DNA of 63,888 nt, filler included, from Reclinomonas americana ATCC 50394 (GCA_048213135.1; 18 parts of 18 records of this genome joined end to end with filler, not necessarily neighbours in it); one strand, 5' to 3'; counted from the whole stretch's first letter, positions 33,324 through 44,644 are shown. Notes: generated by a model not told the origin, from the sequence alone. Numbers and translations: made by a program.

Positions 33324-34666
33324 ATGTCCCTCTCTCCCGTCCTCCTCCCCTCCAAGCACATTTCTGGTCACACGGACACCGTAACGTGTGCCGCCATCAC
33401 TCCCAATGGTCAACACATCGTCTCTGGGAGTACGGACTGCACAGTGCGCGTGTGGTCACTGGCGACTGGAGCTGAAGTGCGACGACTGGAGGGACACAAG
33501 CATCATGTAAACTCTGTCGCCGTCACTCCCAATGGCCAGCGCATCGTGAGTGGCAGTTCTGACCGAACGCTGCGAGTGTGGTCGCTAGAGAGTGGAGAAG
33601 AAGTGCGTATTTTGAAGGGCCACACTGATGAAGTGGGGCCTGTTGCCATCACTCCCGACGGGCAGCATGCTGTCAGTGGGAGTTATGACAAAACTGTGCG
33701 TGCGTGGTCACTGGCGAGGGGGATCCGGAAGGAGGTGCGACTAATGGAGGGGCACACTTGGTGGGTGATCTCTGTCGCCATCACGTCGGATGGTCTCTAC
33801 ATTGTATCTAGTAATGTGAAGATGCACTGCGACAGTTGGTCATGCAAATCGGAGTCTCTACTTACATTTCGCGACTTGCGCAAGACACAACTTTTGCCCC
33901 ACACTCGGGTAAAGGGTCAAGGGCCCAGGAAGCCAACGGTCAAGAGCAAAGGGTCAAGGGTAGGGGCCCCCGGGTTAAGGGTTAAGGGTCAAGGAGCTGC
34001 ATCCTGTCACATTCACCGTCGGGTATAAACTAATCAGCGGAAGCAATGACAGGACTGTGCGGGTGTGGTCGCTGGAGAATGGCGCCGAAGTGCGAAGGCT
34101 GGAGGGTCACAGAGGTGGGGTGTATTCTGTTGCCATTACACCCAATGGTCAGCACATTGTGAGTTGCAGTCACGACGGGACCATGAGAGTGTGGTCAATG
34201 GCGACTGGGATCCGGAAGGAGGTGCGACGGTTTGAGGGACATACTCTTGACACGATTCGCATCTCCATCGCCCCCGACGGTGAGCACGTTATGAGTGGAG
34301 GTAATGTTTGACCCGATTGTGCGAGTGTGGTCACTGGCAAGTGGGAGAGAGGTGCTACAGCTTGAGGGACACGCTGGAGGTGTGCGCTCTGTGGCCGTGA
34401 CTCCCGATGGTTGGCATGTAGTGAGTGGTGGTGAAGACTACACTTTGCGAGTGTGGTCCACTCCGTGTGGCCTTGCTGCTTTCGAGCTCGATACAGCACG
34501 AGCGGCGATGCGAGCCGTGCAGGAGACGCAGCGAGAAGCTGTGGTTGACGAAGATGAAGAATCGGATTCACGGTGTCTGCCAGAGATTGTGCTGAGGTGC
34601 TTCATTGTGGAGGAGGCGGCGGTGGTGCTGCATCGGCGCAGCATTGATCCCGAGTCGCACTTGTGA
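33324..34666 (+). pseudogene. WD40 array copy W2, disrupted
   Basis: 229-bp insertion in blade 4 and a further frameshift near 34305. Split into ORFs 33324..34028, 34057..34311 and 34295..34666. Confidence 0.88.
33806..34034 (+). mobile_element. 229-bp insertion, non-autonomous Helitron-like, with TTAAGGG/TCAAGGG repeats
   Basis: Removing it restores ATT GTC AGC GGA AGC as in the paralogs. Ends are A|TCTAGTAATG and CGGGTATAAACTAA|T (TC...CTRR between A and T). No TIR or long TSD. Confidence 0.6.
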
Positions 34667-34963
34667 ATAAGAGAAGAGGATGGCAGAAAAGAAAGAAAAA
34701 GAGTTGCCCTTCATATATATGTTCTCTGCTGAACAGATGAACCAGTTGTGCCTGCTTTTTTGATCCAGAATACACCTGCATTCGATGCGAGCAAGACACT
34801 GACTGCTGCTCGTTGTGGTGTTGATGGGTGTGGTGCGCAAGGAAGTGCGATGAATGTCCAACGTTGTCCTCGTCCCGCGTTTCACGCACACGCAGACGCA
34901 CACATCCGCAGAGTTGATTGTTGCTTCTCTCTCACTCCCTGTCTGCTCTCCTCTCCCTTCTCC

Positions 34964-36067
34964 ATGTCCCTCTCTCCCTCTCCCCTCACTCTCCTCCCCT
35001 CCAAGCACATCACTGGTCACACGGGCGCTGTGATGTTTGTCGCCATCACTCCCAATGGTCAGCACATTATCTCCGGGAGCCAAGACAAGACTGTGCGCGT
35101 GTGGTCACTTGAGAGTGGAGAGGAGGTGCGACGACTGGAGGGACACACTGATATGGTGTTGTCTGTTGCCGTGACTCCCAATGGCCAGCACATCGTGAGT
35201 GGCAGTGTTGACTGTACAGTGCGAGTGTGGTCACTGGAGAGTGGAGAAGAAGTGCGACGGTTGAAGGGACACACTTTGTCGGTGCGGTCTGTTGCCATCA
35301 CTCCTGACGGGCAGCATGCTGTCAGCGGGAGCAGGGACAACACCGTGCGTGTGTGGTCACTAGCGAGTGGAGTGGAGGTGAGGAGATTCGAGGGACACAC
35401 TGGATGGGTGACGTCTGTCGCCGTCACGCCGGATGGTCTCTACGTTGTTAGCGGGAGTGGCGACGAAACTATGCGAGTGTGGTCACTGGAGAATGGCGCG
35501 GAAGTGCGCCGGTTTGAAGGACACAATAATTGGGTGCTATCGGTTGCCGTTACACCCGATAGTCAGCACATTGTGAGCTGCAGTCCCGCCGATACTGTGC
35601 GAGTGTGGTCAATGGCGACTGGGAAGGAAGTGCGACGGTTTGAGGGACATAATCTTGACACGATTCGCATCTCCGTCACCCCCGACGGCGAGCACGTTAT
35701 GAGTGGAGGTAATTTGTATAATCCGGTTGTGCGAGTGTGGTCACTGGCAAGTGGAAGAGAGCTGCGGCAGCTGGAGGGACACGCTGGAGGTGTGCGCTCT
35801 GTTGCCATGACTCCCGATGGTTGGCATGTCGTGAGTGGTGGTGAAGACTGCACTTTGCGAGTGTGGTCCACTCCTTGCGGCCTTGGTGCGTTTGAGGTCG
35901 ATACAGCACGGGCGGCAATGCGGGCTGTGCAGGAGATGCAGCGAGAAGCTGAAGATGAAGAACCAGATTCACGGTGTCTGGTGGAGATTGTGCTGCGGTG
36001 CTTCCTTGTGGAGGAGGCGGCGGTGGTTCTACATCGGCGCAGCATTGATCCCGAGTCGCACTTGTGA
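34964..36067 (+). CDS. WD40 array copy W3: 7 WD40 repeats + conserved C-terminal tail
   Basis: MSLSPSPLTLLPSKHITGH start, seven GH..VRVWS repeats, tail CLVEIVLRCFLVEEA. Confidence 0.88.
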   Translation: MSLSPSPLTLLPSKHITGHTGAVMFVAITPNGQHIISGSQDKTVRVWSLESGEEVRRLEGHTDMVLSVAVTPNGQHIVSGSVDCTVRVWSLESGEEVRRLKGHTLSVRSVAITPDGQHAVSGSRDNTVRVWSLASGVEVRRFEGHTGWVTSVAVTPDGLYVVSGSGDETMRVWSLENGAEVRRFEGHNNWVLSVAVTPDSQHIVSCSPADTVRVWSMATGKEVRRFEGHNLDTIRISVTPDGEHVMSGGNLYNPVVRVWSLASGRELRQLEGHAGGVRSVAMTPDGWHVVSGGEDCTLRVWSTPCGLGAFEVDTARAAMRAVQEMQREAEDEEPDSRCLVEIVLRCFLVEEAAVVLHRRSIDPESHL

Positions 36068-36344
36068 CAAAGAGAAGAAGATGGCAGAAGAGAGAAGAGT
36101 TGCCCTGACAGATCAAATGAACGAGTTGTGCCTGTTTTTTTTGATCCAGAGTGCACTCGCATTCGATGCGAGCAAGACACCGACTGCTGCTGGGCGTGGT
36201 GCGCGAGGAATGCCGAAGTGCCGACATCGTCCTAGTCCTACGTTTTCGAGTCGTTTCATAACACAGATCATAACACACACACACACGCACACACACACCA
36301 TCGACGACTTTGCGATTGCTGCCTCTCCCTCCCCTTCCTTTCTC

Positions 36345-37469
36345 ATGTCCACCGCTCCCTCTCCCCTCATCCTCCTCCCCTCCAAGCGCATCACGGGGCA
36401 CTCGGACCCGGTGACATGTGTCGCCATCACCCCCGATGGCGCGCACATTATCTCTGGGAGTACGGACTCCACAGTGCGCGTGTGGTCTTTGGCGACTGGA
36501 GTTGAGGTGCGACGACTGGAGGGACACACGTATTATGTGAACGCAGTCGCCGTCACTCCCACTGGCCAGCACATTGTGAGTGCCAGTGCTGACCGTTCAG
36601 TGCGAGTGTGGTCACTAGAGAGTGGAGAGGAAGTGAGACGGTTAGAGGGACACACAGAGGAAGTGGATTGTGTGGCCATCACTCCTGACGGGGTTCACAT
36701 TGTCAGCGGGAGCAGGGACGACACCGTGCGTGTGTGGTCACTGGCAAGGGGGCAGGAAGTGAGGCGGTTTGAGGGCCACACTGGCGGAGTGAACTCTGTC
36801 GCCGTCACGCCGGATGCTCTCTACGTTGTCTGCGGAAGCAATGACAGGACTGTGCGGGTGTGGTCACTGGAGAATGGCGCTGAAGTGCGACGGGTGGGGG
36901 GACACGCGTATTGGGTGTGGTCGGTTGCCGTTACCCCCAATGGTCAGCACATTGTGAGTTGCAGTGGAGACGAGCCTGTGAGAGTGTGGTCAATGGCGAC
37001 AGGAGAAGAAGTGCGGCGGTTTGAAGGACACACTGAGAACCTGATGCACGTCTCCGTCGCCCCCGGCGGTAAGCACGTTATGAGTGGAGGCAACGGGGAG
37101 GACCCGATTGTGCGAGTGTGGTCACTGGCCAGTGGAAGAGAGGTGCTACAGTTGGAGGGACACACTGAATTTGTGCGTTCTGTTGCCGTCTCACCTGATG
37201 GTCGGCATGTTGTCAGTGGTAGCTTTGACAATACTTTGCGAGTGTGGTCCACTCCGTGTGGCCTCGCTGCGTTTGAGCTTGATGCAGCACGAACGGCAAT
37301 GCGAGCCGTGCAGGAGACGCAGCGAGCATGCGCAGGTGTGGTTGACGAGGGCGAGGACGATGAGCCAGGTTGTTGGTGTTTGGCGGAGATTGTGATGCGC
37401 TGTTTTATTGTGGAGGAAGCGGAGGTTGTGCTTCTTCGGCGCAACATGGATTCGGAGTCGCACTTGTGA
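36345..37469 (+). CDS. WD40 array copy W4
   Basis: MSTAPSPLILLPSKRITGH, 7 repeats, conserved tail. Confidence 0.88.
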   Translation: MSTAPSPLILLPSKRITGHSDPVTCVAITPDGAHIISGSTDSTVRVWSLATGVEVRRLEGHTYYVNAVAVTPTGQHIVSASADRSVRVWSLESGEEVRRLEGHTEEVDCVAITPDGVHIVSGSRDDTVRVWSLARGQEVRRFEGHTGGVNSVAVTPDALYVVCGSNDRTVRVWSLENGAEVRRVGGHAYWVWSVAVTPNGQHIVSCSGDEPVRVWSMATGEEVRRFEGHTENLMHVSVAPGGKHVMSGGNGEDPIVRVWSLASGREVLQLEGHTEFVRSVAVSPDGRHVVSGSFDNTLRVWSTPCGLAAFELDAARTAMRAVQETQRACAGVVDEGEDDEPGCWCLAEIVMRCFIVEEAEVVLLRRNMDSESHL

Positions 37470-38000
37470 GGAGAGAGGGACGAGAGAGAGAGAGAGAGAT
37501 TTAGAGAGTGAGATGCTTGATTTTTGTTTTGTTGTTTGTTTTTTTGTGATGACCCAAAGTGAACGAGTTGTGCTTGTTTGTTAGTGCACCTGCATTCGGT
37601 GCGAGCGACTGCTATTGCGACAGGTGTGATGCACAGCCAAAAATCCGTCCTGGTCCCACACGCACACGCACGCAACGAAACCAAAGTTTGATTGTTGCCT
37701 CTCTGTTCTTCTCTCTCTGTGCTCTCCCTGCTCCCTTGTCTCCTCTCCCTCCCCTCCCTTCCTCTCNNNNNNNNNNNNNNNNNNNNNNNNNNNNNNNNNN
37801 NNNNNNNNNNTTAATTAATTAANNNNNNNNNNNNNNNNNNNNNNNNNNNNNNNNNNNNNNNNNNNNGTGGGCGAGGACGGAAGTGTATCCGTCGCTGAGT
37901 CGTCCTGGTCCCGCGTTTTCACTCAGACGGAATCACACGCGCACACCAGAGTTGATTGTTGCTTCTCTCTGTTTCTTCTCTCTCTCTCTCTCCCGCCATA

Positions 38001-39119
38001 ATGTCCCTCGCTCCCTCTCCACTCACTCTACTCCCCTCCAAGCGCATTACTGGACACACGGGCCCTGTGCCGTGTGTCGCCATCACTCCCGATGGGCAGC
38101 ACATTATCTCTGGAAGTACGGACTGCACAGTGCGAGTGTGGTCTCTGGTGACTGGAGTTGAGGTACGACGACTGGAGGGACACACGCATTATGTGACCGC
38201 TGTTGCCATCACTCCCGATGGGCAACACATCGTGAGTGGCAGCTTCGACTGGACGCTTCGAGTGTGGTCACTTGAGAGTGGAGAAGAAGTGCGACGGTTA
38301 GAGGGCCACACTGGAGCAGTGGAATTTGTTGCCATCACTCCCGACGGGGTTCACATTATCAGCGGGGGCAGGGACGAAACTGTGCGTGTGTGGTCACTGG
38401 CGAGTGGAGAGGAGGTGCAACGAATGGAGGAGCACACTTGGTGGGTGAACTCTGTCGCCATCACGCCAGATGGTCTCTACGTTGTCAGCGGGAGTGGCGA
38501 CAAGACGGTGCGGGTGTGGTCACTAGCAACAGGAGAAGTGCGACGGCTGAAGGGACACAAAGGTGAGGTGGGCTCTGTTGCCATTGCACCCGATGGACAG
38601 CACGTTGTGAGTTGCAGTCACGATAAGACTATGAAAGTGTGGTCAATGACGACTGGCAAGGAAGTGCGTCGGTTTGAAGGACATACTTGTGATAAGATGC
38701 ACGTCTGCGTCACCCCCGACGGTAAGCACGTTGTGAGTGGGGGCAACATTTCTGACCCGATTGTGCGAGTATGGTCACTGGCCAGTGGAAGAGAGGTCCG
38801 ACAGTTGAAGGGACACGATGGATACGTGGGCTCTGTTGCCGTGACTCCCGATGGTCGGCATGTTGTGAGTGGTGGTTATGACAGAACTGTACGAGTGTGG
38901 TCCACTCCTTGTGGCCTCGCTGCGTGTGAGTTGGGCGCAGCACGTGAGGCAATGCGAGCCGTGCAGGAGATGCAGCTAGAAGAGATTACTGACGACGAAG
39001 ACGATGACGACGAGCCAGATTGTTGGTGCCTGTCGGAGATTGTGCTGCGGTGCTTCATTGTGGAGGAGGCGGCGCTTGTGCTTCATCGGCGCAGCATGGA
39101 CCCAGAGCCGCACTTGTGA
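38001..39119 (+). CDS. WD40 array copy W5
   Basis: MSLAPSPLTLLPSKRITGH, 7 repeats, conserved tail. Confidence 0.88.
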   Translation: MSLAPSPLTLLPSKRITGHTGPVPCVAITPDGQHIISGSTDCTVRVWSLVTGVEVRRLEGHTHYVTAVAITPDGQHIVSGSFDWTLRVWSLESGEEVRRLEGHTGAVEFVAITPDGVHIISGGRDETVRVWSLASGEEVQRMEEHTWWVNSVAITPDGLYVVSGSGDKTVRVWSLATGEVRRLKGHKGEVGSVAIAPDGQHVVSCSHDKTMKVWSMTTGKEVRRFEGHTCDKMHVCVTPDGKHVVSGGNISDPIVRVWSLASGREVRQLKGHDGYVGSVAVTPDGRHVVSGGYDRTVRVWSTPCGLAACELGAAREAMRAVQEMQLEEITDDEDDDDEPDCWCLSEIVLRCFIVEEAALVLHRRSMDPEPHL

Positions 39120-39505
39120 GAGGAGGAATGATAGAAAAGAGAAGTTGTTTGACTTCGTTTTGTTGTTTTGTGTTGGTGATGACCCAAAGTGAACTAGTTG
39201 TGCCTGCGTGTTGATCCAGAGTGCACCTGCATTCGATGCGAGCAGTGTCAAGGCTTCTGTTCGTCGTGGTAAGACAGGGCGTGGTATGCTTGGATGACGA
39301 AGTCGACCATTGCGGGCTGGCGCGACCGATTTGCAAGTGACCGACCGATGCTGTGCGATCATGAGCGAGAAATCGAGGTGGACCGGCGTTGTCCTGGTCC
39401 GGCGTCTTCTCACACACGCACCCCGACGACTTGCGAGTTGATTGTTCCCCCTCCTCTTCTGTCCCTCCCTGCTCTTCTCTCTCTCTCTCTCTCTCTCCCT
39501 TCCTC

Positions 39506-40615
39506 ATGTCCCTCTCTCCCTCTCCCCTCCTCCTTACCTCCTACTGCCTCACCGGTCACACGAGCCCAGTGATGTGTGTCGCGGTCACTCCCAATGGTCA
39601 GTATATTGTCTCTGGGAGTCAAGACAAGACATTGCGAGTGTGGTCTCTGGCGACTGGAGCTGAGGAGCGACGACTGGAGGGGCACACGTATTATGTGTTA
39701 TCTGTTGCCGTCACTCCCGATGGACGACACATCGTGAGTGGCAGTGCTGATCACACTGTGCGAGTGTGGTCCCTGGAGAGTGGAGAGGAAGTGAGACGGT
39801 TAGAGGGACACACTGGATGGGTGCAATCTGTCGCCGTCACTCCCGACGGGGTTCACAGGGTGAGTGGCAGTAGGGACTGCACCGTTCGTGTGTGGTCACT
39901 GGCGAGTGGAGAGGAAGTGAGGCGGTTTGAAGGGCACACTTGGTGGGTGAACTCTGTCGCCGTCACGCCGGATGGTCTCTACGTTGTCAGCGGAAGCAAT
40001 GACAAGACTGTGCGGGTGTGGTCACTGGAGTATGGCGCCGAAGTGCGCCGGTTTAAAGGACACAATAACTGGGTGCTATCGGTTGCCATAACACCCGATG
40101 GTCAGCACATTGTGAGTTGCAGTGGAGACGAGACTGTGAGAGTGTGGTCAATGACGACAGGCGAGGAAATGCGACGGTTTGAAGGACACACTGGTGACAA
40201 GATTCACGTCTCCGTCACCCCCGACGGAGAGCACGTTATGAGTGGAGGCAACCATGCTGACCCGATTGTGCGAGTGTGGTCACTGGCAATTGGAAGAGAG
40301 GTGCGACAGTTGAAGGGACACACTGGAGGTGTGCGCTCTGTTGCCGTGACTCCCGATGGTTGGCATATCGTGAGTGGCAGTTATGACAGAACTGTACGAG
40401 TGTGGTCCACTCCTTGCGGCCTCGCTGTGTTTGAGCTCGATACAGCGCGGGTGGTGATGCTGGCTGTGCAGGAGATGCTGCGAGGAGCTGTCGTGGATGA
40501 ATTCGAAGAGCCGGATTCGCGGTGCCTGCCAGAGATGGTGCTGCGGTGCTTCATTGTGGAAGAGGCGGCGGTGGTGCTGTATAGGCGAAGCGTTGAACCG
40601 GAGTCGCACTTGTGA
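39506..40615 (+). CDS. WD40 array copy W6
   Basis: MSLSPSPLLLTSYCLTGH, 7 repeats, tail CLPEMVLRCFIVEEA. Confidence 0.88.
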   Translation: MSLSPSPLLLTSYCLTGHTSPVMCVAVTPNGQYIVSGSQDKTLRVWSLATGAEERRLEGHTYYVLSVAVTPDGRHIVSGSADHTVRVWSLESGEEVRRLEGHTGWVQSVAVTPDGVHRVSGSRDCTVRVWSLASGEEVRRFEGHTWWVNSVAVTPDGLYVVSGSNDKTVRVWSLEYGAEVRRFKGHNNWVLSVAITPDGQHIVSCSGDETVRVWSMTTGEEMRRFEGHTGDKIHVSVTPDGEHVMSGGNHADPIVRVWSLAIGREVRQLKGHTGGVRSVAVTPDGWHIVSGSYDRTVRVWSTPCGLAVFELDTARVVMLAVQEMLRGAVVDEFEEPDSRCLPEMVLRCFIVEEAAVVLYRRSVEPESHL

Positions 40616-40816
40616 ATAATGGGAGGGATGAGAGAGTTGTGATTGCATGTTGTTGTTTCATGTTTTTGTGATGAGCCATCAAGTGAATATTGTGCACCTG
40701 GTTGGCGCACCTGCGCNNNNNNNNNNNNNNNNNNNNNNNNNNNNNNNNNNNNNNNNNNNNTTAATTAATTAANNNNNNNNNNNNNNNNNNNNNNNNNNNN
40801 NNNNNNNNNNNNNNNN

Positions 40817-41822
40817 CTCTGTGAGCCAAGACAAGACAGTGCGAGTGTGGTCTCTGGTGACTGGAGCTGAGGTGCGACGACTGGAGGGACACACGTATTA
40901 TGTGAACTCTGTTGCCGTCACTCCCAATGGCCAGCACATCGTGAGTGGCAGTTCTGACTACACAGTGCGAGTGTGGTCACTGAAGAGTGGGAGGAAAGTG
41001 CATCTGTTGAGGGGCCACACTAAGCAAGTGGAATCTGTCGCCATCACTCCCGACGGTCAGCTCGTTGTGAGTGGAAGTGAGGACAAAACTGTGCGAGTGT
41101 GGTCACTGGAGAGTGGAGAGGAGGTGAGGCGGTTTGAGGGGCACACTGGGGGAGTGTGCTCTGTCGCCATCACGCCGGATGGTCTCTTCGTTGTCAGCGG
41201 AAGCAATGACAAGACTGTGCGGGTGTGGTCACTGGAGAATGGTGCAGAAGTGCGCTGGATGGACGGGCATAGAAGTTGGCTGTGGTCGGTTGCCGTTACA
41301 CCCAATGGCCAGCACATTGTGAGTTGCAGCTTAGACAAGACTGTGAGAGTGTGGTCAATGGCGACAGGAGAAGAAGTGCAGCGGTTTGATGGACACACTC
41401 AGAACCTGTTATTCGCCTCCGTCACCCCCGACGGTGAGCACGTTGTAAGTGGAGGCAATGCTGCTGACCCGATTGTGCGAGTGTGGTCACTGGCCAGTGG
41501 AAGAGAGGTGCGACAGTTGGACGGACACATCGGATATGTGGGCTCTGTTGCCGTCTCACCTGATGGTCGGCATGTTGTGAGCGTTGGTCATGACAGGACT
41601 GTACGAGTGTGGTCCACTCCTTGTGGACTCGCTGCGTGTGAGCTTGATACAGCACGGGCGGCGATGCGGGCTGTGCAGGAGATGCTGCGAGAAGCAGTTG
41701 TTGACGAAGATGAAGAATCGGATTCGCGGTGTCTGCCAGAGATGGTGCTGAGGTGCTTCATTGTGGAAGAGGCGGCGGTGGTGCTGTATCGGCAAAGCAT
41801 TGAACCGGAGTCGCACTTGTGA
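40817..41822 (+). CDS. WD40 array copy W7 (5' end lost in the linker)
   Basis: Open frame from mid-blade 1 to the conserved tail. Confidence 0.85.
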
Positions 41823-42136
41823 ATAATGGGAGGGATGAGAGAGTGAACGAATTCGAATTGTTTGATTGCATGTTGTAGTTTTGTTTTGTTTTGTGACGAG
41901 CCATCAAGTGAATATTGTGCACCTGCTTGGCGCACCTGCATTCTACGTGAGCGAGGCCAAGGCTGCTGTTCGTCGTGATAAGACAGGGCGTGGTTTGCTT
42001 GGATGACGAAGTCAACCATCAGTGTCCTGGTCCGGCGTCTTCAACACACGCTCACGCACCCCGACGACTTGCGAGTTGATTGTTCCCCCTCTCTTCTGTC
42101 CCTCCCTGCTCTTCTCTCTCTCTCTCTCCATTCCTC

Positions 42137-43252
42137 ATGTCCACCGCTTCCTCTCCCCTTCTCCTTCCCTCCAAGCACATCACTGGTCACACGGGCCACG
42201 TGTCGTGTGTCGCCATCACTCCCGACGGTCGTCACATCGTCTCTGGGAGTACAGACTGCACAGTGCGAGTGTGGTCGTTGGCGACTGGAGTTGAGACGCG
42301 ACGACTGGAGAGACACACTGATTCGGTGCTGTCTGTTGCCGTGACTCCTGATGGCCAGCACATCGTGAGTGGCAGTGATGACCGTACAGTGCGTGTGTGG
42401 TCACTGGAGAGTGGAGAAGAAGAGCGACGGTTAGAGGGGCACGCTGATGAAGTGGTATCTGTTGCCACTACTCCCGATGGGGAGCACGTTGTCAGCGGGA
42501 GCAAGGACAACACCGTGCATGTGTGGTCGTTGTCGAGCGGAGAGGAGGTGAGGCGGTTGGAGGGCCACACTATGGAAGTGTGGTCTGTCGCCATCACACC
42601 GGATGGTCTCCACGTTGTCAGCGGGAGTGGCGACGGGGCTGTGCGAGTGTGGTCGCTGGAGACTGGTGCTGAAGTGCGAAGGCTGGAGGGTCACAAAGGT
42701 TGGGTGTGGTCGGTTGCCGTCACTCCCGATGGTCAGAACATTCTGAGTTGCAGTTTAGACAAGACTATGAGAGTGTGGTCGACGGCGACAGGCAAGGAAG
42801 TGCGGCGGTTTGACGGAAACACTCAAAACGTGTTGCATATCTCCGTCACCCCCCACTGTGAGCACGTTGTGAGTGGGGGCACCGGGGTCGAACCGATTGT
42901 GAGAGTGTGGTCACTGGCAAGTGGGAGAGAGGTCCGACAGTTGAAGGGACACGCTGGCTATGTGAGCTCTGTTGCTGTGTCTCCCGATGGTCGGCATGTC
43001 GTGAGTGGTGGTTATGACAGGATTTTGCGAGTGTGGTCCACTCCTTGTGGCCTCGCTGCGTTTGAGCTCGATACAGCACGAGCGGTGATGCGGGCCGTAC
43101 AGGAGATGCAAGGAGAAGCTGGAGACGACGACGATGAAGGTGACGAGCCAGATTGTTGGTGTCTGGTGGAGATTGTGCTGCGCTGCTTCATTGTGGAGGA
43201 GGCGGCTGTGGTTCTCCACCGGCGAAGCATGGACCCGGAGTCGCACTTGTGA
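42137..43252 (+). CDS. WD40 array copy W8
   Basis: MSTASSPLLLPSKHITGH, 7 repeats, conserved tail. Confidence 0.88.
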   Translation: MSTASSPLLLPSKHITGHTGHVSCVAITPDGRHIVSGSTDCTVRVWSLATGVETRRLERHTDSVLSVAVTPDGQHIVSGSDDRTVRVWSLESGEEERRLEGHADEVVSVATTPDGEHVVSGSKDNTVHVWSLSSGEEVRRLEGHTMEVWSVAITPDGLHVVSGSGDGAVRVWSLETGAEVRRLEGHKGWVWSVAVTPDGQNILSCSLDKTMRVWSTATGKEVRRFDGNTQNVLHISVTPHCEHVVSGGTGVEPIVRVWSLASGREVRQLKGHAGYVSSVAVSPDGRHVVSGGYDRILRVWSTPCGLAAFELDTARAVMRAVQEMQGEAGDDDDEGDEPDCWCLVEIVLRCFIVEEAAVVLHRRSMDPESHL

Positions 43253-43552
43253 GAGAAGTAGAAGCAGAGAGAAGAGTTGCCAGATTGTGATGAGCCAAAG
43301 TGAATGTTGTACACCTTGTTGACGCACCTGCATTCAACGTAATCAATGAAAGCCTGCTGCAAGTCGTTGTGCGTGAGTCGTGAGCGAGGAAGTGCCAGCG
43401 TCGTCCTGTCCCGCAAGCGAGTCTTCAAAAAAACACGATCTCAAAGATCATCTCAAACACACACCGCGACGACGACCGGCGCGCTGATTGTTGCCTCCCT
43501 GCTCCTCTCTCTCTCTCTCTCTCTGCTCCCTGTTCTCTTCTCTCCATCCCCC

Positions 43553-44644
43553 ATGTCCCTCTCTCCCTCTCGCCTCACTCTCCTCCCCTCCAAGTGCATC
43601 ACTGGTCACACGGGCGCTGTGATGTGCGTCGCCATCACTCCCGATGGTCAGCACATCGTCAGTGGGGGTTCTGATTATTCAGTGCGAGTGCGGTCTCTGG
43701 CGACTGGAGCTGAGGTGCGTCTGCTGAAGGGACACACTGGTTTTGTGATCTCTGTTGCCGTCACTCCCAATGGCCAGCACATCGTGAGTGGCAGTGCCGA
43801 CTGTTCAGTGCGTGTGTGGTCACTGGAGAGTGGAGAAGAAGTGAGACTGTTGGAGGGCCACGCTGATGCAGTGGAATCTGTTGCCATCGCCCCCGATGGG
43901 GAGCACGTTGTCAGCGGGAGTTGGGATGCGACAGTGCGTGTGTGGACACTGGCGAGGGGGCAGGAGGTGCGACGAATGTTGGGGCACACTAACTTTGTGA
44001 AATCTGTTGCCGTCACGCCGGATGGTCAACATGTTGTTAGTGGCAGCTGGGACGAGACCGTGCGAGTGTGGTCGCTGGAGAATGGCGCCGAAGTGCACCG
44101 GTTCGACGGGCATAGAGGTTGGGTGCTGTCGGTTGCCATTACACCCGATGGTCAGCACGTCGTGAGTTGCAGTTCCGCCGATACAATGAGAATGTGGTCA
44201 ATGGCGACTGGGAAGGAAGTGCGACGGTTTGAAGGACACACTCGTAACAAGTTGCACGTCTCCGTCACCCCCGACGGTGAGCACGTTGTAAGTGGAGGCA
44301 ACGGGGTTGACCCGATTGTGAGAGTGTGGTCACTGGCCAGTGGAAGGGAGGTGCGGCAGCTGGAGGGACACACAGGAGGTGTGCGGTCTGTTGCCGTCTC
44401 ACCTGATGGTCGGCATGTTGTAAGTGGTAGCAATGACAATACTTTGCGAGTGTGGTCCACTCCATGTGACCTCGCTGTGTTTGAGCTCTACACAGCACGA
44501 ACGGCGATGCGGGCCGTGCAGGAGATGCAACGAGAAGAAGCAGATTCGCGGTGTCTGCCAGAGATTGTGCTGAGGTGCTTCATTGTGGAAGAGGCGGCGG
44601 TGGTGCTGTATCGGCAAAGCATTGAACCGGAGTCGCACTTGTGA
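43553..44644 (+). CDS. WD40 array copy W9
   Basis: MSLSPSRLTLLPSKCITGH, 7 repeats, tail with a shortened acidic linker. Confidence 0.88.
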   Translation: MSLSPSRLTLLPSKCITGHTGAVMCVAITPDGQHIVSGGSDYSVRVRSLATGAEVRLLKGHTGFVISVAVTPNGQHIVSGSADCSVRVWSLESGEEVRLLEGHADAVESVAIAPDGEHVVSGSWDATVRVWTLARGQEVRRMLGHTNFVKSVAVTPDGQHVVSGSWDETVRVWSLENGAEVHRFDGHRGWVLSVAITPDGQHVVSCSSADTMRMWSMATGKEVRRFEGHTRNKLHVSVTPDGEHVVSGGNGVDPIVRVWSLASGREVRQLEGHTGGVRSVAVSPDGRHVVSGSNDNTLRVWSTPCDLAVFELYTARTAMRAVQEMQREEADSRCLPEIVLRCFIVEEAAVVLYRQSIEPESHL

